A stretch of DNA of 64,000 nt from Camelus dromedarius (lineage: Eukaryota), in assembly GCF_036321535.1 (NCBI RefSeq), contig NC_087436.1:62001-126000 (forward strand). Reading direction: 5' to 3'. A program made the translations under genes and the position numbers. Positions within the stretch are counted from its first letter, which is position 1. Every line of letters starts with the position of its first letter. The notes under the pieces are model-generated. The model did no database searches. It had not been told where the DNA came from and was given only the letters and a program-made list of their open reading frames with translations. Below are positions 25,489 through 36,777 of this stretch, piece after piece.

Positions 25489-26959
25489 TGTCATTTCACT
25501 TTCTTGATGATGTAATTTGTAACAAAAAGGTTTTAACTTTGATGAAGTCCAGTTTATCTGCTTTTTTCTTCTATCACTTGTGCTCTTCGTATTGTATCTA
25601 GGAAACCAAAGCCTATCCTAGGACCACAAAGATTTATACTGTGTCTTCTTTTAGAAAGTTTATAGGTTTAGTTTTTACGTTTCTGTCTGTGATCAATTTT
25701 GAATTAATTTTTATTTATTTAAAATATGGGGGTCCAGATTCCAGATTCATTCTTTTGCCTGCAGATACTCAGCACTCCCTGCACCATTTGTTGAATAGAC
25801 TATTCTTTCAATGGAGTGTTGTTGACACCCTTGTGGAAAACTGACTGTAAATGTAAGTTTTTCCCCCTGGGTTTTTATTATGTCTCATAGATTTATTTAT
25901 CCAAACTTATGCCAGTACCATTCTGACTTAGTACTATAGCTTTTTAGTACCCTTTAAAGTGAGTCCTCCAACTTTGCTCTGCTTTTTCAAGATTGTTTTG
26001 GCTGACCTGGGCCCCTTGCACTTCCATATGAATTTTGGGATCACTTTTTCAATTTTTGCAAAGAATTCAGCTGGAATATTGATAAGGATTCCACTGAATT
26101 TGTAACTCACTTTGGGGAGTCTTAACAATTTTAACAATATTGTCTACCATTCCATGAACATGGGATGTGTTCCATATATGTAGGTCTTTTAAGTATTATT
26201 TCGGTGATACATCAAAATATTCAATGTACAAATCTTGTAAATTTTTGTTAAATGTATCTCTCATTTTATTTTTAATGCTGTTGTAAATGGAAAGGCTGAG
26301 CTTCTTGAGGGTAGGACTATATATTAATTTGTTTATTTCTAGGATTTCTACACAGCAAATACTCTAGGTTTATATTTGCTACATAAATCTATCCACAACT
26401 CTTCCCACCCCCGTGTTATAAGAAACCAAGACCCAGGTTAAGCTACCTGAACACGTATGTGGAAGTGAGAAATGAGACCCTTGGGTGGGGCTTTGTGAAG
26501 ATGATACTGAGAGCTTATTTAGGATGGCTTCATCTTAAATTCCTTTAAACAACACTTTTGGTGTAGTCAGATACATTAAGATCATGCCCTTTTGATGTGC
26601 ATAGGAGCTAAGACTATCATTTTCAAATAATTTCTAGTGAGAGTGTTGTACTTGAAATCAAATTTGCATCAATCTTTGAAGATATATGTTTCAGGAATTT
26701 TGACTAAAGAACACCTGTCTTTATTCATTAATGACAACTAAATTCTCAAGCAACATGTAAGAGTTTGAGCAAACTGCCCCAGCCCCGTAGTGCTGGTTGG
26801 CTGCAGCTGTAACTGGAGTCAGTGCTTACCTCTCCCAGCACACTTGGGCTGATCTGCTCAAAGGTGTTCGTCCAAATGTTTGTCTGTAGTCTGTTGGACA
26901 AAGCCATAAAACATTGAGTTAAGGTTGCTGGAATGCAATATATTCCTATTAATATTAAC

Positions 26960-27085
26960 TAAGCACATATTGAGTGCTTACTGTATGTTGGGAATTGTCC
27001 CTCAGCCTCACATGTATATTATTTCACTTAAAACTTCATATATTTCCTTGTTATTCTCACTTTACAGATAAGGAGACTGAGAATT
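26960..27085 (-). mobile_element. MIR relic
   Basis: attgagtgcttactgtatg ... ttattctcactttacagataaggagactgag. Confidence 0.7.
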
Positions 27086-27549
27086 AGGTCTTCTGTATTT
27101 TGGATGGAGCTCATTATCAATGACAGGAAGTTGTAAGGAAAAAGATATTGATTCATCCTGAGAAAATATTTTTCTGACCGTCAGCAGTGAAGAGGGTGAA
27201 CACTGAAGAACGTGATCATTGTTTGAGTGAGACGAGCCCCGGGTTGTACGGAGTCAGCATCCCTGTCTTGGACACGGCACGTGTAGATCTGTGTGGTGGG
27301 TGAGGCGGCGAGGCCGCGCAGGGAACGCGGATGCCGGGCCATTGGGCTGTGCTCAGGCCCAGTGGGGCTTTCTCCTAAGGGCAGTGGGCCGTCATTGACA
27401 GATCTTAAGTAGGGGAGTGGGGTGCTCTCGTAGATCACTTTTGTCTTGTAGAATGCTTAGAAACATTTAGAAGGCTCTGCAGGAGGTGATGTGATGAGTC
27501 AGAGTAGGGTGGCTGCCAGGTGTAGAAGTGTAGAATTTTCAAGTGGTTT

Positions 27550-27745
27550 TCAGTCCCAGTTTTGTGGCTGAGTAGCTGTGTCACTTTGGATGATGCACTC
27601 AAGGAAGTAAACAATTTATCTAATCAATTGAAGAAGTGATGTACCGACCTCCCAGGACTGCTGTGGCAATCCAGTGAGATAACGTGTGCACAGTGTGCAG
27701 CGTGGTCCCCAGCACACAGTCAGTGCTGAGTGAGTGCCAGTGAGT
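27550..27745 (+). mobile_element. MIR relic
   Basis: tagctgtgtcactttgg ... acctcccaggactgctgtgg ... gtgagataacgtgtg ... agcacacagtcagtgct. Confidence 0.6.
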
Positions 27746-29599
27746 ACCTGGTAGGTCAGGTGTGGGTGGTGGGACTCAGTGACTGAGGAAATCTGGGCCC
27801 TAAATGTGGGGTCCAGTCACATCTGTGAGTGATGGGCCTGAGCTGGGAGAGGCAGGGAGACCTTGCCCCCCGACCAGGGGCCCTGGGTAGGACGGCTATG
27901 GGAGGAGCACCGTGAAGTCAGCTCTTTGCAGGTGGAGCTCGAATTGCCTTTGAGACATCTAAGTGCATTGTCATGAGCTCAAAGAGGAGGTCTGTGCCCG
28001 GGCTGTGAATTTTCCTATAATCTTAATCCCTGAGGACGCCGAGGTATTGATCACTGAACGTGAAGACATACTTTACAGGACAAGTGAATAGTAGTATCAT
28101 CTCTGTCATCAAAGCTCACATCTCTTTATTCATCACAAGTTTGCTATTGGGTACTTACAGAGCTCACTTCACCGCCATCCCCTGGGCTCAGGCTCCACAG
28201 TAAAGAGCTGGTGAGCCTCCCTCTTTTCCAGAAGAAGACACATTTAGCTGGTAGAATTCTGTACCTCGCCAGACTTAGAATTTTAGTTTGTTGTTTTAAT
28301 TCTATTTTCTGTTAGCCATCTCCTGACAGGAGAGACGTTTTACCTCATGGACATATTTCAATTAGCTGTTACTGAGAATTGCTGATCTGATCCATAGTGT
28401 AAGTATTATATTAAACTTGTAGAGTATATATCATTTTTCTGTCTTTGCCCTTTAATTTTGTATGCCCCTTCAAGTCTCTATCCTATTTGGGGCCTTATTT
28501 TTTTAAATTAAAAAATGTCTATTTGCAGTTAAGAAAACAAAAGAAAAGAAAAAATACACATGATAGCTAAACTTAGAAAATATCTAGTGTGTTTTCTGTC
28601 TCGGCAACGGAGGGTTCTAGAAACTCGTGAAAACCTTCATTACACAAGTTTCTTAAAATGCTGATTAAGAAATAAAACCTTCCTTCTTCATCTTTCAAGC
28701 TGCACAGCTAATTGTGAAGAAAGTGAGGGGAAATCCTCAGAAGCCAAGACAAACCAGAAAGCAGGAATTCTGGGTGATACACGAGCCTTAGAAGCCCTGG
28801 GGTGCCTGTTGGCTCCTGTACTGAGTTTCAGTTGCCTTGACAGGAGGGTAGGAGCTGAGCCCGAGTCTTCTCACACTGGGAGTTGGATGACTGATCATAT
28901 GTAAGGCCAAGCCCATTCCGAGAAGCATGGTTTACTAAAGGGTTAACTATGAAAAATAATTCCTCAAGGTAAGACAGTAAGGAAAGTCAATTTTTTTGGA
29001 AGAGGGGAAAAATAACAAATCCAAAGTAAGGATATAGTTTAAAGCTCTTCTGGCATGAGAGTAACCACAAACTCCTGGCAGAGAATCACAGCTACTCCTG
29101 GAATGAGAAGCTGTGGTTTGAATGAATCAGTGAGCAGCCATTCCGAAAAAGGCCTCCAGAGTCTTGAGGATCAAGATACTTGACTGCAAACACCTGTCTT
29201 CCAAGGTCTCTATCAAATAACCAGAAAGGTTTTAAAGGAAAGAAGCCATAATCATAGTTTTATTTCTTAACATTACTTTATGCTAGGAATTCAGAGGTGA
29301 CTATGGAGTTGTCTCCTCTTTTATGGACCTTACCTTCTCTTTGGGGAGACAAACTGACATAGTTGGGGAGCTTGGTGGAGGGAGGTGATAGTCTGTTGCA
29401 ATTAGCCAGGAGAGGAGATTAAGAAAGCAGTGAAGGGTGGGTGAACTTTTTAGCTAAGGACATTCTTGTTCTGCTGGCCCTTAATTGCAGGCTCAATGAG
29501 TAGTCACTGGAGGGAATAGATCTTACGGAGGATGGACTTAGCTCAGGCCTCTTTAGAATGGACAAGTGAACCTGGAGAAAGACAGTCAAATCTGTGCAG

Positions 29600-30091
29600 A
29601 CATTAAAGTTCACTTGAACGTGCTCCATCCCTGAGCCAAAGATAGGACAAATATGCAGCACTTCTTAAGGACAGAGGAGTGGTTTTTAAGGTTCTCCAAG
29701 AATGAAGCCCAGGGAACCGAGATGGCCAGTTGTCAAACTGTGACTTTGCACTTAGGACGGTGTACCCACCAAGGGTATTGGCCTTTTATACATTTCCATT
29801 TCTCTTTAATACATGTCAGGTGATGAGGACGTGGGCACAAGTGTTTGACATCTTGTCGAGGCGACTTTGGGTACCTGCCTAGAAACGCGGGCACGGCTAC
29901 AGCTGCGTCACACATGTTGCCGCCCATCCCACTCCCCGGCTCTGTGATCACGGCAGAGTGGTTCCTTGTTGACCTGTCCATCTCCTCTGTGACATCATAA
30001 CCCATGAAAAGACCGGAGAGTATTAACTTGGCTTTGTTAAAGTCAAAGGAACAGATCTAATATGGAGTCAGATTTGTTCTTTCCTATTTCA
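29600..30091 (-). mobile_element. ERV1-type LTR or LTR fragment
   Basis: The last ~55 bp (aaagtcaaaggaacagatctaatatggagtcagatttgttctttcctatttca) match the terminus of the 13302 and 30813 LTRs. The left boundary is not determined. Confidence 0.55.
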
Positions 30092-30343
30092 GTATTGCCA
30101 TGGAGAAGACAGTTTGGGCAGCTTTTTATAGGGTCCTCGAGGCTTTCTCTCTCAGCCTCTGGGCACCTTTATTGAAAACCCTACATAGCTGTCTGGAGTG
30201 CTGGAAAACCACTCCGACTGTTTTGCCCTGAAGATGTGTTCAGTTTATAACTCATCTCTACTCCTTGGAAAACAACTCAATAAAAACTCAGTTGGTTTTC
30301 CACCAGCCATGGGCAGGGGTGAGGGATACCTTGTTATTATTTC

Positions 30344-30398
30344 ATAAAATAATAATAATAATAAAAATAGTAATAATAAAAATAATAAAAATAATAAA

Positions 30399-30429
<31 letters not shown>
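30344..30429. repeat. Imperfect (AAT)n/(AAAAT) simple repeat
   Basis: Directly visible. Confidence 0.95.
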
Positions 30430-30812
30430 GAAGTCTTAAAACAGCACTGGGCACATAGTTGAGAGTCAATAAATGCTTCCTGGCTTAAATCAAAAGTGAT
30501 GACTCAGTGATTCCATGGCTGATGTATTGGCTGAGCTAGTTACTCCTTTGCTCCATTACACATTTTTTTAACTGAAAAAGAAATACATGCAAATGGTTAA
30601 AAAAAATTCAAACAGCACAAAAATACACAAGTGAAAGAAGTTTTCCCTCATCCTCAGTTCTTCCGGCCCTCCCTGGAGATGCCACTGTTTACTATCCTTT
30701 GGGTGCTTTTCCAGATATGCTATGCACATTCCCACCTATGTATGTAAATTCCTTTAAAGTTTTAGTTATTTTTAACTTAAAGGGATTTAAATCCTCAAGT
30801 GGCTTCTGCCTG

Positions 30813-31296
30813 GGTAATAGAACAGAACAAATCTGACTCCATATTAGATCTTTTCCTTTGACTTTAACCCTATGCTCTGTCTCCTAGGCTTCATCTTGCT
30901 TGTAAAACAATGTTGCTTAGAGCCTGAAATATACAGGAGAACCTATTCTGAAGGCTCTGATCTTTAAGTATATTTAACACATTTTCATTCATAAAAAGAT
31001 TAGAAATTGCAGAATAGAAAATAACGTTTGTTTTGTTAGAGGTTTACAGAGATTTGACCCAGGCAGATAGCTGCAAGAACAAAGGATTCTAACAAGAAGG
31101 AATTCCTACACCAAGAAGATTGCAACAACCAAGCACGTAGGAAAAAAGCCTGAATTCTGACTTGGGGAGATGGTTTTCCAGGACATTAGTTTGCCATCTA
31201 GGTCTACAGAAACTTGCTATTCCATACCCCAACACCTGGTCTCCCAACTTATTGGCCTGTCCTGCACTGAAGAGAATGAATTTGGATTTGGTAGCA
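30813..31296 (+). mobile_element. Solo ERV1-type LTR, sense orientation
   Basis: Reverse-complement homologue of 13302-13841 at both ends (gtaatagaacagaacaaatctgactcc... and ...ttattggcctgtcc...tttggatttggtagca). No clear TSD. Confidence 0.8.
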
Positions 31297-31333
31297 CTCC
31301 TATATACCTAGCAAGCTGGGCACTGGAACTGAG

Positions 31334-31733
31334 TGTTATGGAAACAACAGGCCAGCCAAGGAACAATCACCACTCGGAGTGTTGGCGTACTCAGATTTAT
31401 TATGCCGGCGGGCTCAGAGGGGCTTCTGCTCCGAATTTCTGAGCACCCACCTCCAAGACATACACATGAAGTTTTAAAGGGTTAATTACAAGTAAGGGTG
31501 TATTAGCCAATAAGGCTTAAGCAACAAAAAGCAAGGAATCAGCACACTGGTGCTTGTCAACTTGTAATAGACACTTGTTGAGCTTCGATTTACGGCTTAG
31601 CTTGTTAGCCCAGTAAACTGACACTAAACTTCAGATTTACGAGTTAGCCCAGCAGAATTTAGATCAGTAAACTGACACATCACACTTAGATTTGTGACTT
31701 AGCTTGTTAGCCCAGCTGGGCTTTTCCTTCACA
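31334..31733 (-). mobile_element. Solo ERV1-type LTR, 400 bp
   Basis: TGTT...CACA termini, perfect 4-bp TSD TGAG, minus-strand AATAAA near 31396, internal direct repeats. Confidence 0.88.
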
Positions 31734-32029
31734 TGAGGACAGCTCTCCCACACCCAGGGAACTACTGTGAGCCCTTGATGGTTCCACTAGGGTGGAGTGT
31801 GGTTTACCCAGGACGGATGGGGACTATGCACCAACACTCAGGCAGTCTGCTCTGTCTGGGGCTCTGATCTTGAACCACCCCGCTCCCTGCCAGCCCAACA
31901 CCTGGGACAGTGGAGCTAAGGCAAAGATCGTGCCTGCCTGTTTCCCAGCGTGTAAAAGGGGAATATGTACTCTTCCCAAGGTAGTTCTGAGCGACAACAC
32001 CTGCGGGTGCTTGGTTCCCAGACCAACAG

Positions 32030-33120
32030 AAAACCCTGCTCCGCGTGGGGGCAACAGGTGTGATACCCGTAGGGGTTCTGCAGCAGCATCGGATGGAGGG
32101 CTGGATCAGGGAGGTAAAACTTGAGCTGCGGGCCTTGAAGTGTTACAGAAGGGTACAGAGGCAGGACTGCCGCCTTCTTCAGGGTGCCACCAGAGGTAAA
32201 GCTTTTTCTCTCCATCCTCGCTAGGACCTTACCCTTTCAGGATCCCTCCATTCTCTCTGCTATTCCTGTCCATCTGTCTCCCTCCACTTTTTCCCTCCTC
32301 TCCTCCCCCTCCCATCTTTTCCCTCCCTCACTGCCCCACCTTCTCTCGCAGAACCCAGAGCGGATTGCTGGCCCTCCTGCGCATGGGCGGTCGGTGTCAG
32401 CTGGACCGCGGGTTGGAAGCTCCAGCTCGGAGCCGGGGATTAGCCCCAAAGGCTTCTCAGCTCTGTCGCCCGGCAGGCCTTTAGCTCCTGCCCGGGGCCG
32501 GTGCCTCTGGCCGTGGAAGTGCAATGTGGGGTCTCCCGGGAAAGGGGTCAGGTGGCTGCGGGAGGGCGGTCCGCGTGTCACAGACCACGAGGGCGCGAGT
32601 CAGCCTGTGTTCAGCTGAATTGCTCGGGCCAGACCCCTCTGCCCGCGCCACCTGCCCCAGTGCCCCAGTGCCACAGCTTCCCGGGGCCAGGTGTGCACCT
32701 GCCGCCTCTCACCCAGCCGGGCTCCCCTCAGTCCGCTGCTGGCGTCCCCTTCCCCTCTCTCGCCCGCGAGTCCTCTCCTCCCGGGCTTCCTCTCCTCGGC
32801 CACCGGCCCGTTCCCACAACTGGGCGGGCTGCGTCCCAGGCGGGCGGGGTCTGCGGACCCGGACGGGGCAGCTGGGGCTGGGGCTGGGGATGGCCTCCGA
32901 GCGGGGATGCAGCCCGCGTTTCCACCCATTTCCCTGCCCCGCGACTCCGGGGCTGCCCTGGTCTTCCTTTCCCGCTCCCTGAGGAACAGCTCAGTGGCGT
33001 CTGCACTGCTCCCTGGGCTGAGAGCCTCCGGCTGTAAAGCCCAGCTACTGGTGGAGTCGGGAAAAGGGATCCTCAGTGCCAAGCGAGCTTCTGTCTCCTC
33101 CCTCAGTGTTTCTGCCCCAG
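32030..33120 (+). promoter_or_regulatory. TRAPPC9: CpG island / duplicated TRAPPC9 promoter and first-exon region
   Basis: Most GC- and CpG-rich part of the window. GC boxes (gggcgg), ETS-like GGAAGT at 32515, candidate donors gcgagt (32595) and CAG|gtaagt (33120/33121); ~4 kb upstream of exon 2. Confidence 0.78.
32111..32140 (+). pseudogene. TRAPPC9: Remnant homologous to the upstream exon of the long human TRAPPC9 isoform
   Basis: Translates EVKLELRALK versus recalled EVKFELRALK in the N-terminal extension; a PRGG motif also occurs at 32041. Confidence 0.6.
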
Positions 33121-33509
33121 GTAAGTACCTTGAACACTTTCAGGTGTTATGATGGCGGTGCTTGTTGGTGTCATGTGTTTTTATAGTGAGAGGGATTACC
33201 GTGTTGAAAGCAGGGCTTGGTTCAGTTAAAAATGAGCTGAAGGCATAAGGCTGTGTCATCCTCCTTCCTTCCCTCTCCCAGGGTGAAAAGTGTGACCATC
33301 GATTTTAAAAAGACAGTTACATTCCCTAACTAGCCCAGCCCAGCTTGGTGTGTTAACAGGAAGAGCACCACCAGAGGCGTTGGAGACCCAGGGACATTGC
33401 AGTCCTAAAGAGCTCCTGGCACAGTTTGGTTTGTTTTGGTTTTTTGTTTTCCTTAAATTGTGGGGCAGACTAAGTAGTATAGAGGGAAAAATAATTGTCA
33501 AGAAATATT

Positions 33510-33690
33510 TTTTCATATAACAGCTTTATTGTGATATTGTTCACACACCATGAAGTCCACCCATTTAAATGGTACAATTCAGCAGCTTTTAGCATATTTA
33601 CAGTTGTGCAACAATTATTATTCCAGAACGTTTTCATCACATCATAAAGACCAGTGGAAATGAATGACCAATCCACCCCTCCCCAGTGGT
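33510..33690 (-). mobile_element. L1MB-like 3' end
   Basis: aacagctttattgtgatattgttcacacaccatgaagtccacccatttaaatggtacaattcag. Confidence 0.8.
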
Positions 33691-34164
33691 GGTTCTAAAG
33701 AAGTTTCTTGGCTATTCTTGACCATAAATTAACTTGTTACATTCCATGAAAATTCTGGTAGGAATTCTAATCAGAATTGCAATGAATCTGTCTATCAAAA
33801 TAGGAAGACTTAATGTCTTTATGGCATAAACTTCTTCTACTCATGAATATAACTGGGACCCTATATTTTCATCTCTCCAGAGCCTGGCCCATGGGAAGTC
33901 CTCACTAATTGTTGGGCTTGTGAATGATGAGATTCTATACATCATTAGTTGCAACTGTAGCCTTTCACAGAAGAGAAAATTAACCTCAGTGAAGCCAAGT
34001 GACTCTCTGATGGTCAGAAAGAGTGACAGCCAGTGCTGGAGTGATCCAGTGGACTTGGTGCTTGCAACTAAAAATATTCAGCAGCTACAGCTAAGGGGAT
34101 TAGAGTGTTCTTTTATTTTTCCTTAATGGCGTTGCTTTTATTTTTACTTATTTTTTTAAATTAA

Positions 34165-34420
34165 TTTTTTTGAAGTGTAGTCAATTTACAATGTTAGTTT
34201 CAGGTGTACAGCAGAGATTCAGTTATGAACATATGCATATGTGTATAAATATGTTTTAGATTGTTTTTAGTACAACTCATTACAAGAAATTGAATATAGT
34301 TCCCTGTGCTATATAGTAGGTCCTTGTCATTTATTTTATATTTATTAACGTGTATCTGTTAATCCCCCCTTTCCTGCCTGCTAACCACAGTTGGCTTTCT
34401 ATGTCCATGAGTCCATTTCT
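34165..34420 (-). mobile_element. L1 3'-end fragment (younger type)
   Basis: ttttgaagtgtagtcaatttacaatgttagtttcaggtgtacagca ... aatatagttccctgtgctatatagtaggtcctt. Confidence 0.85.
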
Positions 34421-36659
34421 AGGAGCACCATTTTTCTTAGTAATATATGCTGGTTGGCTGCTTTCAGTTTCAGTAATTCCATCTGTGGGTGCTTTTCTTC
34501 TGGTGGCCTTTATGTGGTTTGTACACGTGGTAATAGAGGTCTGTATTTGGGAGAACTCCAGGCCTCGCGTAGTCCCTGGTACAGAGTTCCCACTGAGTTG
34601 ATGCTTGAACTGGGAAAAAAACAAAGTAAATGTTGGAATTTCCAATATGGTTGAGACTTCCAGGTTTCTATAACCTGCTTGGCCCACCTTAATATTGGCT
34701 GCACCCTTACTTGGTAATTTGGTTGAATTCCATGGTATGGTGGTGTAGAGACAGGGCCTTTTATGCTTATTCTCTTTCCTTTTTCTAACACTCATTCTCC
34801 TGGGTCTCCCAGATCCTCCCCCAGCAGTGCCCAGGGCTGGCTTGGTGCTGCACTGAGGATATATTTATTAATAAGGACCTTTCCTCATCTCTTCTGAGCC
34901 TCCATTTTTTTCTCTGCACAATGAGGGCTTAGACTAGATATGTGCTTTTCAGTTTCTTTTAAAGCCATGTTTCCTTTGAGAAACAGAAAATGCAAATCAC
35001 TCCTCCCATCCCAACCCTTTAGATTTTGATACAGCCTCCAAGGAGTGACATAGCACTTTGTGGAAAATTGATGTGATTGTGATTCCAGGTGGCACAGAAA
35101 AGACTCTTCAGAGATTTATTGCAGGGAGAGGGCAGGAAAGGTGCAGTATGTCACACTTTCTAGTGTGAGCACTGGAGCAGTGGCTTGGATTTAAATACGG
35201 TGTCTGACGTGGCCTCTCTCTAATCATGTACAATGTGATAAACTTCTCTACCTCAGTTTTTCTTGATGTGTCAAGTTGGCGTGATAATATTTTAGGGCTT
35301 TTGTGAAACATTATACACATAATCCATTTGTGTTTCGGTAGAAATAAGACCTGCTAGGGATTCAGGGATTTGTTTAAAAAAAAAAATCTTGTCCATAGCA
35401 ATCTGTCGGTGTGTATTTTGAATTTCCTGGAGGGTGAGGGTTGAGTCTAAAGTCCATCGTGGGACAGGTGGCCCATAGTTTTCTGTGCGCCTGATTGCCC
35501 CCTCCTCCCCAGTCCTCTTCCTCAGTCCAGGATTAAGTTCCCTAGTAGATTTACACAGAGGTCTTGTGGAAATGGATTTTCATTTTATTGTTTCACCAAG
35601 AAGGGCTGCCATCATGATCTCTGTGGTCAGGTTTTGAAGGGCTGCCATCATGATGTCTAGTCAGGTGAAGGCTATGCAATTGGGAGTTTCTATTTAATAA
35701 AAAGAAAAAAATTACAAATAGAAAATTAGAACAAGGGTGATGACAGGAGCTCTTGGAAGTGGGCACCATTAGTTTTGTTAGCTTCAGGTGCAGTGGCCTC
35801 TTGCCACGAGGACCCATCCTCTTGCTCTGAAGTTGGAGGGACCAATGGGTTGAGTGGGAATGTTAACTGAGTGTATCTCATGTGCTGGGCATTGTCCTAT
35901 TTGTGCTTTGTGTTCCTTATTTGAGACAGTGAGCTCATTTAACCTCAATAGCCTCTTTAAAAAATTAGACTTTTTATTTTGAGATATAATGTAGATTCCC
36001 ATGTAGTTGTAAGAGATAATATGGAGAGGGCCTATGGACCCTTTGTATAGTTTTCCTTAATGGTTCCAACTTGAAAGTTTGGGGTACAATTCATTACTGA
36101 CTCACTAACAATTTGAGGTTTGTTTTATTGCCCTAATTTTATTCACGATTAAACTGGGGCTTAGAGAATCACACAGGCCTGACCAGGTCACCCACATGGT
36201 TAGTGTCGAGACGGGTGGAACGTGGGCTTGGGATTTCCAGGCAGTACCATTATGATGGTCTGTGGCAGGGAGCAGCATTCACTTTGCTGGTTTATTCATT
36301 CATTCAACAAATATTATTGAGTAACCTCTGTGGGTCAGATGCTTTCATAGGGTTATCTGATTCTTCAGCAGTCCTGAGAATCAGGTAATGTTTATATTTT
36401 TTAATCTGAGAAAATTAGCTCTAAGAAGTTATAAGCCCCCCAAAGGAAATATAGCTCATAAAGGAGCGATACTAAATTTTACAGTCACCCCTTTTTATGC
36501 AGGTGGTACCCTAGGCATTTTACATTTGCAAACTTCTGTAATCCAGATATTTTCATGTAAGACAAAGATTTTTTTTTTAATGGAAGTATAGTAAAGTTTA
36601 CAATGTTGTGTCAATTGCAAGGTTTTTTTTTGAATTTTGAATTAAAAAATATTTTTTCA

Positions 36660-36777
36660 GGAGGGTAATTAGGTTTATTTATTTGTTTCATTTTTTAAAA
36701 TGAGGTACTGGTGTTTGAACCCAGGACCTCGTACATGCTAAGCACGTGCTCTACCACTGAACTGTACCCTTCTCCCC
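36660..36777 (-). mobile_element. Vic-1-type camelid SINE
   Basis: gggtaattaggtttatttattt ... gaggtactggtgtttgaacccaggacctcgtacatgctaagcacgtgctctaccactga. Confidence 0.92.

Larger units (their letters stand above)
23040..26290 (-). mobile_element. Older L1 (L1M-type) interrupted by three younger insertions
   Basis: ORF2 remnant at 25934-26137 (FFAKIEKVIPKFIWKCKGPRSAKTILKKQSKVGGLTL) plus 3' UTR pieces at ~23040-23225 and from ~24705. Confidence 0.8.

Noticed and set aside
30245..30469. Leu-rich and Ile-rich ORFs
   Set aside because: Translation artefacts of the AAT simple repeat.
32184..33152. Several overlapping 90-180 aa ORFs
   Set aside because: Expected from stop-codon scarcity in a GC-rich island; low-complexity Pro/Gly/Ala/Arg content.
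34331..34795. 154-aa minus-strand ORF
   Set aside because: No ATG-supported gene structure or recognisable domain, and it runs into an L1 3' UTR.
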